This document shows, one piece after another, positions 27,307-37,291 of a stretch of 64,000 bases of DNA. The stretch's first letter is position 1. Every line of letters starts with the position of its first letter. Made by a program: the position numbers and the translations under genes. The notes under the pieces were generated by a model. That model made no database searches. It saw only the letters and a program-made list of their open reading frames with translations, and was not told where the DNA came from. The stretch covers positions 4,832,001 to 4,896,000 of the forward strand of contig CBDBDQ010000005.1 in assembly GCA_965203905.1 (NCBI GenBank), in the 5' to 3' direction. The stretch is from Spirochaetia bacterium. Lineage in GTDB: Bacteria > Spirochaetota > Spirochaetia > SZUA-6 > Bin103.

Positions 27307-28572
27307 GTGGCGCAGCCACGTCCCCGGCGCCACGGCGGCGGAGCGGCGGCCGGAGCCGTGGTGGAGCACCTGCGCGACTCCGAGCGCCGCCCGTCACCGG
27401 ACCTGGCGAGGATGGCCGCCTACCGTTATGGCCGTCTGCAGCGGCAGATCGCCGCTCATGACTGCGCCGCCGCGTTGCTGTGCAGCCCGATGAACGTGCG
27501 CTACGCGACCGAAACGCGCTACGCGTCGATTACCAACATGCATTCCCCGACCCGGGCGGTATTCGTGCCGGCCGGGGGAGCGGCCGTGCTCTACGACTCT
27601 GCTACCCCGCGGGCCGACTCTCCCGCCGACTTCATCGCCGAGACCCGCGATTCGCCGATCATCGCCTACTTCGTGGCCGGCGCGGCGTACGCCGAACGCA
27701 CCCGGAGGTGGGCGGCCGAGGTTGCCGCCCTGGTGCGCGGCTGCGCGGGTCGCTGCCGGCGCCTGGCCATCGACCTGGCGGAGCCGGAGCTGCTCGCGGC
27801 GCTGCAGGGCGCCGGGCTGGAGATCGTCAACGCGGAACCGCTGGTCGAGCGGGCGGCCGCCGTCAAGTCAGAGGACGAGTTGCGCTGCATCCTCGCCTCG
27901 GTGGACGTGGCCGAACGCGGCCTGGCGAGGATCCGCGGGCACTTGCGGGCCGGCATCACCGAACGCGCGCTATGGGCACATCTGCCGTACGAGAACGCAA
28001 TCCACGGCGGCGAGTGGTTCGAATATGCGATGCTGGTGTCGGGCGAACGCACCAACCCCTGGGGCAGGGAGTGCAGCGCCAAGCCGATCGTCGCGGGGGA
28101 GCTGGTCGGCGTCGACACCGGCATGATCGGTCCGTTCGGGTACGGCGCCGACGTGTCGCGGACCTTCCACTGCAAGCCGGGTACGCCGTCGGCCGAACAG
28201 CGCCGGCTGTATCGAACCGCGGTCGAGAACCTGACGTTCAATATCGAACTGCTGCGCGCAGGAATGGGGTTCCGAGAGTACGCGGAGCGGTCGTGGCCGG
28301 TCCCGGAGGAATTTCGGGCGCGGCGCTACAACTCCGTCGCGCACGGCGTCGGCATGGGCAACGAGTGGCCGCACATCCCTTTCGCCCAGGACTGGGAGGA
28401 ACACGACCCGCGGGACGGCGTATTTGCAGAGAACATGGTGCTGGCCGTCGAAACCTGCATCGGTCGCGAGGACGGCGGCGAGTGCGTCAAGCTGGAAGAC
28501 ATGGTCGTGGTCAGGAACGGCGGCTGCCAGTTGCTGTCCACGTTCCCGTTCGAAGCGGACCTGCTCAAGTGA
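27307..28572 (+). CDS. M24 (Xaa-Pro peptidase) family protein, DddP-like
   Basis: NVRYAT, GGEW, SGERTNPW, DVSRT, HGVG, VET, KLED, FPFE. Confidence 0.85.
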   Translation: MAQPRPRRHGGGAAAGAVVEHLRDSERRPSPDLARMAAYRYGRLQRQIAAHDCAAALLCSPMNVRYATETRYASITNMHSPTRAVFVPAGGAAVLYDSATPRADSPADFIAETRDSPIIAYFVAGAAYAERTRRWAAEVAALVRGCAGRCRRLAIDLAEPELLAALQGAGLEIVNAEPLVERAAAVKSEDELRCILASVDVAERGLARIRGHLRAGITERALWAHLPYENAIHGGEWFEYAMLVSGERTNPWGRECSAKPIVAGELVGVDTGMIGPFGYGADVSRTFHCKPGTPSAEQRRLYRTAVENLTFNIELLRAGMGFREYAERSWPVPEEFRARRYNSVAHGVGMGNEWPHIPFAQDWEEHDPRDGVFAENMVLAVETCIGREDGGECVKLEDMVVVRNGGCQLLSTFPFEADLLK

Positions 28573-28659
28573 TCTCAAACAGTTGCTGCTGCGCCCGTAG
28601 GGGTCATTGACACGCGAGGACGTAATCGTCTTACTTTTTTTCCGAAGGAAGGTACGAAG

Positions 28660-28911
28660 ATGGCGAAGGTCAGAGTTGCCGTTTCTGTGGAGCGGGAGCT
28701 GGCCCAGCGCGCGGACGAGGTGGCACAGCGGTGGGGTACGCCGCGCAGCCGCCTGTACGCCCAGGCGCTGGAGGAATTCCTCACCAGGGCAGAGAACACG
28801 GCTCTCCTTGAGGGACTGAACGCCGCATATGCCGACTTCCCCGACGAGGAAGAGTCGGCGACTCTGAAGGGTATCCGAGCGCTACAGGGGATGTCCGCCG
28901 ATTCGTGGTAA
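28660..28911 (+). CDS. RHH antitoxin
   Basis: KVRVAVSVERELAQRADEVA..RSRLYAQALEEF; overlaps mazF. Confidence 0.85.
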   Translation: MAKVRVAVSVERELAQRADEVAQRWGTPRSRLYAQALEEFLTRAENTALLEGLNAAYADFPDEEESATLKGIRALQGMSADSW

Positions 28912-29273
28912 TACGGCAAGGCGATCTGTTCTGGGTGGATCTGGGCCAGTCGGCCGGCTCTGGGCCCGCGTTGCGGCGGCCGTTCGTCGTGATTCAGAAC
29001 GACCTGTTCAACCGCAGCCGGCTGGCCACGGTCATCGTCTGCGCGCTGACATCGAACCTGCATCGGGCCGAGGCACCGGGCAACGTTCTGGTGCCCAAGG
29101 GTGAGGGCAACCTGGCTCAAGACAGCGTAGTCAACGTGACACAGCTATTCACGATCGACAAACGGGAGCTGAAGGAACGGATTGGACGGCTGGGCGGCGC
29201 GCGCATGGCCGACGTGCTCCACGGCGTCCGTCTGGTCCTCGATCCACGCCGCACGCTGGACCCGCTCTGCTGA
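28905..29273 (+). CDS. mazF: MazF/PemK toxin (intact)
   Basis: RQGDLFWVDLG..GSGPALRRPFVVIQND..LTSNL..DSVVNVTQL. Confidence 0.93.
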   Translation: MVIRQGDLFWVDLGQSAGSGPALRRPFVVIQNDLFNRSRLATVIVCALTSNLHRAEAPGNVLVPKGEGNLAQDSVVNVTQLFTIDKRELKERIGRLGGARMADVLHGVRLVLDPRRTLDPLC

Positions 29274-29276
29274 AGC

Positions 29277-30314
29277 GTGATGGAACGTCTTAGGTATGGA
29301 TTGATCGGCTGCGGCGGGATCGCGCGCGGGCACCTGGGCGCCTACGGCCACCTTTTTGAGCTGGTGGCGTGCTGCGACATCCGCGAGCCGGCCGCCGCCG
29401 AATTCCAGCGGCGGTTCGGGTTCCAGCGTACCTACACCGACTTCCGCACCATGCTCGGGTCCGAGCGGCTCGACTTCGTCACCGTGTGCACCTCCACCAC
29501 CCATGACCGCCTCGACATCGTGCTCGCGTGCGCGGCCGCCGGCGTCCACCCGCTGGTGGAGAAGCCGATGGCCCTGAGCCCGGAGCAGGCGCGGCAGATG
29601 GTGGCGGCCTGCACCGCGGCCGGCGTCAAGCTCGCCGTGTCCCAGCAGTACCGCAACTTCCCGCACGTCAAGGCGGCCTGCGACCTGCTGCACTCCGGCA
29701 CCCTCGGCCGGCCGTTTGTCGGCGAGCTGCGCATGGCCCACCTGGACTGGTTCCCGCTCAAGGGGGCCAAGCCGAGCGACTACTTCGTGAAGTTCGACAA
29801 GGTGCTGCTGCTGAACGGCACCGTCCATCACTTCGACATGCTGCGCTTCCTGTTGGCCGCGGAGCCTGAGCGCATCTACACACGCGCCGGGCAGGCGCCG
29901 TTCCGCACCGCCATCGGCGAGCGCGGCGACACCTGGAGCATCTCCACGGTGGAGTTTCCGGGCTGCACCTTCCAGGTGTTCAACTCCTCCGACTGCCACG
30001 GCGGGGTGACTCAGTGGGACAGTTGGATGCACATCGAGTGCGAGCGCGGGTCGCTGTATCTCAATCCCGACGCCGACACGCCGCTGAAGGCCTACCGCGC
30101 CGACTTGAAGTCGTGGATCGTCCCCGAGTTGCCCGCCCGCGACCAGTTCCGCACCGTCGCCTGGCAGGCCACGGTGCGCCAGTTCGTGGACTGGATCGGG
30201 GGCGGGCCGGAACACCCCACCAGCGGGCGCAACAACCTGGCGACGCTGGCGCTGGTGTTCGGCGCCTACGACTCGGCCGCACGGGGAGTGCCCGTCGATC
30301 TGGGCCCGGCATGA
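29277..30314 (+). CDS. Gfo/Idh/MocA oxidoreductase
   Basis: GLIGCGGIA, VEKPMA, HHFD. Confidence 0.92.
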   Translation: MMERLRYGLIGCGGIARGHLGAYGHLFELVACCDIREPAAAEFQRRFGFQRTYTDFRTMLGSERLDFVTVCTSTTHDRLDIVLACAAAGVHPLVEKPMALSPEQARQMVAACTAAGVKLAVSQQYRNFPHVKAACDLLHSGTLGRPFVGELRMAHLDWFPLKGAKPSDYFVKFDKVLLLNGTVHHFDMLRFLLAAEPERIYTRAGQAPFRTAIGERGDTWSISTVEFPGCTFQVFNSSDCHGGVTQWDSWMHIECERGSLYLNPDADTPLKAYRADLKSWIVPELPARDQFRTVAWQATVRQFVDWIGGGPEHPTSGRNNLATLALVFGAYDSAARGVPVDLGPA

Positions 30315-30387
30315 CCGCCGACCTGGTGGTCAGGAGGCTCGGGTGCCTGACGCGCCGCAACTGGCCGCTCTACGGTAAGATGCAGCG

Positions 30388-31935
30388 ATGACCGAACGCC
30401 GTCTGCCGATCGGCATGCAGACCTTCCGCAAGGTGCGGGAGCAGAACTGCTACTACGTGGACAAGACGTCATACATCAGGAGGTTGCTCCGCCACGGTAC
30501 GCACTACTTCCTCTCGCGTCCGCGCCGCTTCGGCAAGAGCCTGCTCCTGGACACGCTCAAGGAGCTGTTCGAAGGCAGCGAGTCGCTGTTCCAGGGTTTG
30601 GAGATCCACGGCCACTGGAACTGGTCGGAGCGGTTTCCCGTGCTGCGGCTCGATTTCGGCAGCGGGTACTACCTTGATCCGGCGGGGCTCCGCGAGGACG
30701 TGATGGCGCAACTGGAAGACCTTGCGGAGGAGGCGGGAGTTGTTCCCCGATACGACAGCGCCCCGATCAGGTTCCGCCACCTGATACGGACGCTCAGCCG
30801 GCAGGCCGGGCGCCCCGTGGTGGTGCTGGTCGACGAGTACGACAAGCCGATCCTGGATGCGCTGGAGCAGCCTGAGCTCGCTCAAGGCAACCGCGACTTC
30901 CTGCGCGCGCTGTATGGGGTGATCAAGTCGAGCGACGCGTACGTCCGGTTCACGTTCCTCACCGGTATCAGCAAGTTCTCCAAGGTCAACCTGTTTTCGC
31001 AATTGAACAACCTGACCGACATCACCCTGGATAGGCGCTATTCGGCGATCTGCGGGTACACGGAGCGCGATCTGGACGAGGTGTTCGCGCCCGAGCTGGC
31101 CGGTCTGGACCGGGAGCGCATCCGCGAGTGGTACAACGGCTACCGCTGGCGGGGTGCGGAGCGCGTGTACAACCCCTACGACGTGCTGCTGTTGTTCGAC
31201 TGCCGCGAGTTCAAGGCGCACTGGTTCGAGACCGGGACCCCGGCGTTTCTGGTTTCGACCCTGTTCAAGCGTCGCGTTTCTTCCGTGTCACTGGACGACA
31301 TGGCGAGCCCCGGCGACCTGCTGTCGACCTTCGACGTCGGCAACATCAGCACCGAAGCACTGCTGTTCCAGACCGGCTACCTGACGATCACCGGCGAGGG
31401 GGAGTTGGGCGGCGAGGCGCTGTATCGGCTGGGCTACCCCAACCGGGAGGTGCGCCAGAGCCTGAACCGGAGCCTGTTGCGCCACCTGGTACAGGATGCG
31501 ACGCGACAGACCGCCAACAGCACGCGTCTCGCCAGCCTGCTGGAGGCAAATGACTGCGCGGGGCTCAAGGAACTGTTCCACGCCTTCTTCGCCAGTATCC
31601 CCTACGAATGGTACACGAACAATGACATCGCCGCCTACGAGGGCTTCTACGCGAGCGTGTTCTACTCCTACTTCGCGGCGCTGGGCTACGAGATCGCGGT
31701 CGAAGAGAGCAGCAGCCACGGACGCCTGGACATGGCGGTCCGGGCCGCCGGCCACGTCTACCTGTTTGAGTTCAAGGTCGCCGAGCTGTCGCCGCCCGGG
31801 TCAGCGTTGCGGCAGTTGCAGGAGCGGCGCTACGCGGACAAGTACCGTGATCGCGGCGAACCGATCCACCTGATCGGCGTCGAGTTCAGCCGCGAATCAC
31901 GCAACATCACCGCCTTCGAAGCGGCGCCCGGATAG
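30388..31935 (+). CDS. AAA-ATPase-like + PD-(D/E)XK nuclease superfamily 9 protein
   Basis: LPIGMQTF, YYVDKT, SRPRRFGKS, LVDEYDKP, WYNGY, YNP, GRLDM..FEFK. Confidence 0.92.
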   Translation: MTERRLPIGMQTFRKVREQNCYYVDKTSYIRRLLRHGTHYFLSRPRRFGKSLLLDTLKELFEGSESLFQGLEIHGHWNWSERFPVLRLDFGSGYYLDPAGLREDVMAQLEDLAEEAGVVPRYDSAPIRFRHLIRTLSRQAGRPVVVLVDEYDKPILDALEQPELAQGNRDFLRALYGVIKSSDAYVRFTFLTGISKFSKVNLFSQLNNLTDITLDRRYSAICGYTERDLDEVFAPELAGLDRERIREWYNGYRWRGAERVYNPYDVLLLFDCREFKAHWFETGTPAFLVSTLFKRRVSSVSLDDMASPGDLLSTFDVGNISTEALLFQTGYLTITGEGELGGEALYRLGYPNREVRQSLNRSLLRHLVQDATRQTANSTRLASLLEANDCAGLKELFHAFFASIPYEWYTNNDIAAYEGFYASVFYSYFAALGYEIAVEESSSHGRLDMAVRAAGHVYLFEFKVAELSPPGSALRQLQERRYADKYRDRGEPIHLIGVEFSRESRNITAFEAAPG

Positions 31936-32087
31936 CCTGCAGCCGCGCTGACGGCCTTGTATTCCTGCTTTTCGGGCGTGCTTGACATCGGCATCGGCCT
32001 GTCTGACACTGCCGGCTCGGTGCGGCGGTAGCCATCGAGACGGCGACGGCAGTGCCGTGCCCGCGCAACTCAAATCCTGGAGGGACA

Positions 32088-33746
32088 ATGAAACGAACGA
32101 TTCTCGCAGTTTTCTTGTGCAGTATAGCCATCGCTGTGGCATGGGCAGGGCCGGCCACGGAGCAGGGATCAGCCGCCGCCGTGGAGGCGCCGGATGACAT
32201 CTGGGCCAGGTACGACCCGTCGATAACGGTCACCTCGGTGTTCTCTCTCAGCGCCTTCATCGAGGACGCGTTGAACCAGAAGCCCGACGTGATGGATGAC
32301 AACGTGTGGACCAGGGGATATCGCGATGACCTGGGCATCGAGATCGAGTTGCTGTGGACGGTTCCCAGCGCCCAGTACGATGAAAAGCTCAGCCTCGCGA
32401 TAGCGGCCAACGACCTTCCCGACGTGATCCCGACCAACGCCATTCAATTCAAGCTGCTGGTGGACTCCGGGGTGGCGATGGATATCACGTCCCTGTTCGA
32501 GGCCTACGCCTCGCCGCTGACCAGGCAGATGCAGGAACTGGACAACCAGGTTTCCATCTCCCAGTCCACGGTCGACGGCAAGCTGTACGCGCTGCCCCTG
32601 ATCTACGGCAACGTGGACAACAGCCAGCTCCTGTGGATCCGCGCGGACTGGCTCGAGGCCCTGGACATGGAAGCGCCCACGACCATCGACGAGCTGGTGC
32701 AACTCGCCGAGGCGTTCGTCAACAACGATCCTGATGGAAACGGAGAGGACGACACCCTCGGGCTGGGGGTGGTGAAGGACCTGTTCAGCACGGGATTCGC
32801 CGACCTGAACGGCTTCTTCGAAGCGTTCGGCGCCTATCCCGGCGGCTGGCTGCAGGATTCATCGGGCAATCTCATGTACGGCGACATCCAGCCGGAGATG
32901 AAGACGGCGCTCACCAAGGTGGCGGAGATGTTCGAGGCCGGCCTCATCGACCAGGAATTCGTGGTCAAGGACGGCGGCAAGGTCGCGGAAAGCACCACCA
33001 ACGGCAACCTGGGCATGGTGTTCGGCCAGCATTGGATTCCATTCTGGCCGTTGCAGGATGGCAAGAACCGGAACACCAACGCGGACTGGCGGGCATATCC
33101 CCTTCCGTCGGCCACCGGAACTCCGACCAGGACCATGCTGGGCGGCAGCGCCAACCGCTACTACGTCCTCAACTCGGAGATGGAGAACCCAGAGGCGGCG
33201 GTCAAGCTGCTGAATTACTTCATCCAGAAGTACAGCTCGCTCTACAGTCCCGATTACGAGCTGAAGTACATCGGTTCGACCGGGACCGGCGAGACCAATA
33301 TCGACGAGTACTGGGAGTATGGCGTGATCCAGTCGTGGCAGCCGAACGAGAACATAGTGTTCTGGGATCTGCTCAAGAAGTATCTCGATACCGGGGATGA
33401 GCAGTATGCCGAGAATACCCTGATCAAGCAGTTCTCGGTCGACATCGCGGCCTACCACGAAGGGGAAGATGTGTATTGGTCGACCTACGCCTGGATCGGT
33501 CCGCAGGGTCCCTACAGCGTGATCAACGGCTATTTCGAGAACGGTCAGACGATACAGAGCGCCTACGTAAAGGCGAACACTCCCTCGATGACGGCACGGG
33601 GCCCGGCGCTGTCCCAGCTCAGGGCGGAGATGTTCACCAAGATCATCACCGGTGCCGAGTCGCCGGATACCTTCGACGAGTACGTGGCGACCTGGAAGCG
33701 TCTGGGTGGCGACGACATCACCGAAGAGGTGAATGCGGTCCAGTAG
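32088..33746 (+). CDS. Carbohydrate ABC substrate-binding protein (LplA-like)
   Basis: Signal peptide, DLPDV, WIRADWLEAL..PTTIDEL..NDPDGNGEDDT. Confidence 0.92.
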   Translation: MKRTILAVFLCSIAIAVAWAGPATEQGSAAAVEAPDDIWARYDPSITVTSVFSLSAFIEDALNQKPDVMDDNVWTRGYRDDLGIEIELLWTVPSAQYDEKLSLAIAANDLPDVIPTNAIQFKLLVDSGVAMDITSLFEAYASPLTRQMQELDNQVSISQSTVDGKLYALPLIYGNVDNSQLLWIRADWLEALDMEAPTTIDELVQLAEAFVNNDPDGNGEDDTLGLGVVKDLFSTGFADLNGFFEAFGAYPGGWLQDSSGNLMYGDIQPEMKTALTKVAEMFEAGLIDQEFVVKDGGKVAESTTNGNLGMVFGQHWIPFWPLQDGKNRNTNADWRAYPLPSATGTPTRTMLGGSANRYYVLNSEMENPEAAVKLLNYFIQKYSSLYSPDYELKYIGSTGTGETNIDEYWEYGVIQSWQPNENIVFWDLLKKYLDTGDEQYAENTLIKQFSVDIAAYHEGEDVYWSTYAWIGPQGPYSVINGYFENGQTIQSAYVKANTPSMTARGPALSQLRAEMFTKIITGAESPDTFDEYVATWKRLGGDDITEEVNAVQ

Positions 33747-33767
33747 GGGAGCGCTGGATTACGCTCG

Positions 33768-33799
33768 GGTGCTGCCGGGACCGCGGTTCCGGCGGCACC
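33768..33799 (+). terminator. Intergenic hairpin after the binding-protein gene
   Basis: GGTGCTGCCGGGACC / GGTTCCGGCGGCACC stem; no U-tract. Confidence 0.55.
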
Positions 33800-33837
33800 G
33801 CTGAAGCTGCGTTGTGTTCAAGCTCAAAGCGGCGACG

Positions 33838-34731
33838 ATGACCAGGTTCCGGGTGCAACTGCCCATGCACCTGATGTTGCTGCCGTGCATCATCCCGGTG
33901 CTGATCTTTTCCTACTACCCCATGGTCGGTATCGTGATCGCGTTCGAGCGCTTCTTTCCGAATCGCGGCTTCTTCCACTCACCGTTCGTCGGACTCAAGA
34001 ACTTCGAATACGTTCTGAACCTTCCCAACACCTACCAGGTGCTGTGGAACACGGTATTCATCTCGGCGATGAAGATCGTCGCGGGAATCGTGGTTCCCGT
34101 ACTGTTCTCCATTTTGCTCGACCTGGTGAGGAGCTCGGGCGTGCGGAGGACGGTGCAGACGATCATCTACATGCCCTACTTCCTGTCGTGGGTGATCCTG
34201 TCGGGGATTCTGATCGACGTTCTCTCCCCCAACTCCGGGGTGGTGAACCAGCTCATCAAGATGCTCGGAATGGAGCCGGTCTTCTTTCTGGCCAACGAAC
34301 GGCTGTTCCCGTTCGTGCTGGTGGTTACCGATACCTGGAAGAACTTCGGCTACGGCACGGTGATCTTTCTGGCCGCGATCGCCGGTATCGCGCCGTCGCT
34401 GTACGAATCCAGCAGGATCGACGGTGCCAACCGGTTCCAGCAGGCGATCCACATCACGCTGCCGGGGATGCTGCCGATCGTGGCCCTGATCGCCACCCTG
34501 AGTCTGGGCGACGTGCTGAATGCCGGGTTCGACCAGGTGTTCAACCTGTACAGCCCCGTGGTCTACCGGACCGGCGACATCCTCGACACGCTGGTGTACC
34601 GGGTGGGACTGTTGAACAGCCAGTACGGGGTGGCGGCGGCGATCGGCCTGTTCAAGTCCGTGGTGTCGATCATCTTCATCGGCACGGCGTATTGGGTGTC
34701 GGGACGGTTCCTGGAATACCGGGTGTTCTGA
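33838..34731 (+). CDS. Carbohydrate ABC permease (LplB-like)
   Basis: PYFLSWV, LYESSRIDGANRFQQ. Confidence 0.93.
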   Translation: MTRFRVQLPMHLMLLPCIIPVLIFSYYPMVGIVIAFERFFPNRGFFHSPFVGLKNFEYVLNLPNTYQVLWNTVFISAMKIVAGIVVPVLFSILLDLVRSSGVRRTVQTIIYMPYFLSWVILSGILIDVLSPNSGVVNQLIKMLGMEPVFFLANERLFPFVLVVTDTWKNFGYGTVIFLAAIAGIAPSLYESSRIDGANRFQQAIHITLPGMLPIVALIATLSLGDVLNAGFDQVFNLYSPVVYRTGDILDTLVYRVGLLNSQYGVAAAIGLFKSVVSIIFIGTAYWVSGRFLEYRVF

Positions 34732-34732
34732 G

Positions 34733-35653
34733 GTGGACGCGCAACCCGGCCGCAAGCGGTGGACAGGAGTCACCAGCCAGGGCTCGGTGCTGTTCGACGC
34801 CTGCAACCTCGCGTTCCTGGTGGCGGCGGCGCTGCTGTGCCTGTTCCCGATCGTCAACGTGCTGTCGGTGTCCCTGAGTTCCAGTTCGGCGGCAGCGGCC
34901 GGAGTGGTCGGGATCTGGCCCGTGGAATTCACCCTTTCGTCATACACCTACGCGCTGACCAAGAAGTCGTTTCTCACCGCGTTCGTGGTTTCCTTGCAGC
35001 GGGTGGCGCTGGGGATCGTGGTAAACATGCTGCTCACGATCCTGGCCGCGTATCCGCTCTCCAAGACCGGGCGGGAGCTCTGGGGTCGAAACTTCTACGC
35101 CTGGTTCTTCTTCTTCACGATGGTCTTCAACGGCGGGCTGATCCCCTGGTACATGGTGATCAAGCAGGTGGGGCTGATCGACAACATCCTGGCCCTGATC
35201 CTGCCCAACGCGGTGCAGGTGTTCTTCGTCCTGGTGCTGATGAACTTCTTCCGCCAGTTGCCCAAGGAGATCAGCGAGTCGGCCCTCATCGACGGCGCCG
35301 GGCATTGGTCCATCATGTGGAAGATCCACGTGCCGCTGTCGCTGCCGTCGATCGCCACCCTGGTGCTGTTCTCCTTCGTGTTCCACTGGAACTCGTGGTT
35401 CGACGGCCTGATCCTGATGACCTCGCCGACTCGCTACCCGTTGCAGACCTACATGCAGGCGATCCTGGAGGTTGTGGATCCGCTGCGCCTGAAGGGGATG
35501 ACCGCGGAGCAGATCGCGGAGTTGATGAAGGTGTCGAACCGGACCTTGAAGTCGTCGCAGATCTTCATCGCCGCGGCGCCGGTGCTGGCGGTGTATCCGT
35601 TCCTGCAGAAATACTTCATGAAGGGGCTGCTGCTGGGCAGCGTGAAGGGGTAA
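34733..35653 (+). CDS. Carbohydrate ABC permease (LplC-like)
   Basis: EISESALIDGA, WNSWFD, PFLQKYFMKGLLLGSVKG. Confidence 0.93.
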   Translation: MDAQPGRKRWTGVTSQGSVLFDACNLAFLVAAALLCLFPIVNVLSVSLSSSSAAAAGVVGIWPVEFTLSSYTYALTKKSFLTAFVVSLQRVALGIVVNMLLTILAAYPLSKTGRELWGRNFYAWFFFFTMVFNGGLIPWYMVIKQVGLIDNILALILPNAVQVFFVLVLMNFFRQLPKEISESALIDGAGHWSIMWKIHVPLSLPSIATLVLFSFVFHWNSWFDGLILMTSPTRYPLQTYMQAILEVVDPLRLKGMTAEQIAELMKVSNRTLKSSQIFIAAAPVLAVYPFLQKYFMKGLLLGSVKG

Positions 35654-35662
35654 TGGTGTCTC

Positions 35663-37288
35663 ATGAATGAGAGGAGGCAAGCTGACGTGGTGACTGATTC
35701 GATGACGGAACAGGCGGCGCCGTGCACGATGGTGATCTTTGGCGCCTCGGGCGATCTGACGGTCCGCAAGCTGATCCCCGGGCTGTACGAGCTGTACGGG
35801 CGGGGGCTGCTGCCGGAGCGCTTCGCGGTGCTCGGCGCGGGGCGTAGCGCGATGAGCGACGAGCAGTTCCGCGGCAAGATGGCGGCTGCGCTGGGCGACG
35901 GCGCGGATGCCCGGCCGCGCTCGGAGACCGAGCGGTTTCTGGCGGCGCTGCACTACCAGCAACTGGACACCGCCGCCGCGGCCGAATACGAGAAGCTCGC
36001 CGCCCGTCTGGACGCGGTCGCCGCCGCGGCCGGGACCGGGGGCAACGTGCTCTTCTACCTGGCGACGCCGCCAAGCCTGTTCGAGCCGATCGCCGGCGGC
36101 CTGGCGGGCGCCGGGATGGCGGCGGAGCGGGAGGGCGCATGGCGCCGCCTGATCGTGGAGAAGCCGTTCGGATACGACCTGGAGTCGGCGCACGCGCTGA
36201 ACGAGCGGCTGCACGCCTGGTTCACCGAGCGGCAGATCTACCGCATCGACCACTACCTGGGGAAGGAGACGGTGCAGAACGTCCTGGTCCTGCGGTTCGC
36301 CAACGAGGTGTGGGAGCCGCTGTGGAACCGCGCAACCATCGACCGGGTGGAGATCACCGCCGCCGAGCAGGTCGGCGTCGAGGGACGCGGCGGCTATTAC
36401 GACGAGTCGGGGGCGCTACGCGACATGGTGCAGAACCACTTGCTGCAGGTGGTGGGGATGATCGCCATGGAGCCGCCGGCGCACTTCCTGCCCGGCGCGG
36501 TGCGCAACGAGACGGTGAAGGTGTTCGACTCCCTGCGCCCGATCGCCCCGTCACAGGTCGCCGCGCAGGTGGTGCGCGGCCAGTACACCGGCTCCTTGAT
36601 CACCGGCGGCGCCATGGCCGGCTACCGCGAGGAGCCGGGCGTGCCGCCTGACTCGCGCACCGAGACCTACGTGGCGCTGCGCTTCTACATCGACAACCGG
36701 CGCTGGGCCGGAGTCCCGTTCCTGGTGCGCACCGGCAAGCGCCTGCCGGCGCGCGTGACCGAGGTGGTGATTCACTTCAGGCAGGTGCCGCACCACCTGT
36801 TCGGCACCCCGCCGGCAGAGTTGATCGCCGGAGAGGCGGATCCCGCGAGCCCGCGGCGGGACACGGTGTCGGCGGCGGCCGCCGCGGCCAGCAAGCTGAT
36901 CATCCGCATCCAGCCCGACGAGGCGATCCAGCTGCGCTGCAACGTGAAGCTGCCGGGCGCCGGCTTCGACGTGCGCCAGGTGGGGCTGGACTTCCGTTAT
37001 GCCGACCTGACCGACACCTACCTGCCCGACGCCTACGAACGGCTGCTGCTGGATTGCATCATGGGCGACGCGACCCTGTACGCCCGCGCCGATGCCATCG
37101 AGTCGTGCTGGGAGTTCGTGCAGCCGATCCTGAGCGCCTGGCGCGAGCAGCCCGGCATCCCGCTGCACGGCTACCCCGCCGGAAGCTGGGGCCCGGCCGC
37201 CGCCTCCAGCCTGTTCTGGCGCCGCGGCTACGGCTGGCGCACCCCGATGCCGTCCCTCACCGATCCCGGCGGCCGCGTCGACCTGTAA
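35663..37288 (+). CDS. zwf: Glucose-6-phosphate 1-dehydrogenase (start may be GTG 35687)
   Basis: FGASGDL, EKPFG, RIDHYLGKE, RDMVQNH, RTGKRL, AYERLL. Confidence 0.97.
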   Translation: MNERRQADVVTDSMTEQAAPCTMVIFGASGDLTVRKLIPGLYELYGRGLLPERFAVLGAGRSAMSDEQFRGKMAAALGDGADARPRSETERFLAALHYQQLDTAAAAEYEKLAARLDAVAAAAGTGGNVLFYLATPPSLFEPIAGGLAGAGMAAEREGAWRRLIVEKPFGYDLESAHALNERLHAWFTERQIYRIDHYLGKETVQNVLVLRFANEVWEPLWNRATIDRVEITAAEQVGVEGRGGYYDESGALRDMVQNHLLQVVGMIAMEPPAHFLPGAVRNETVKVFDSLRPIAPSQVAAQVVRGQYTGSLITGGAMAGYREEPGVPPDSRTETYVALRFYIDNRRWAGVPFLVRTGKRLPARVTEVVIHFRQVPHHLFGTPPAELIAGEADPASPRRDTVSAAAAAASKLIIRIQPDEAIQLRCNVKLPGAGFDVRQVGLDFRYADLTDTYLPDAYERLLLDCIMGDATLYARADAIESCWEFVQPILSAWREQPGIPLHGYPAGSWGPAAASSLFWRRGYGWRTPMPSLTDPGGRVDL

Positions 37289-37291
37289 ACC

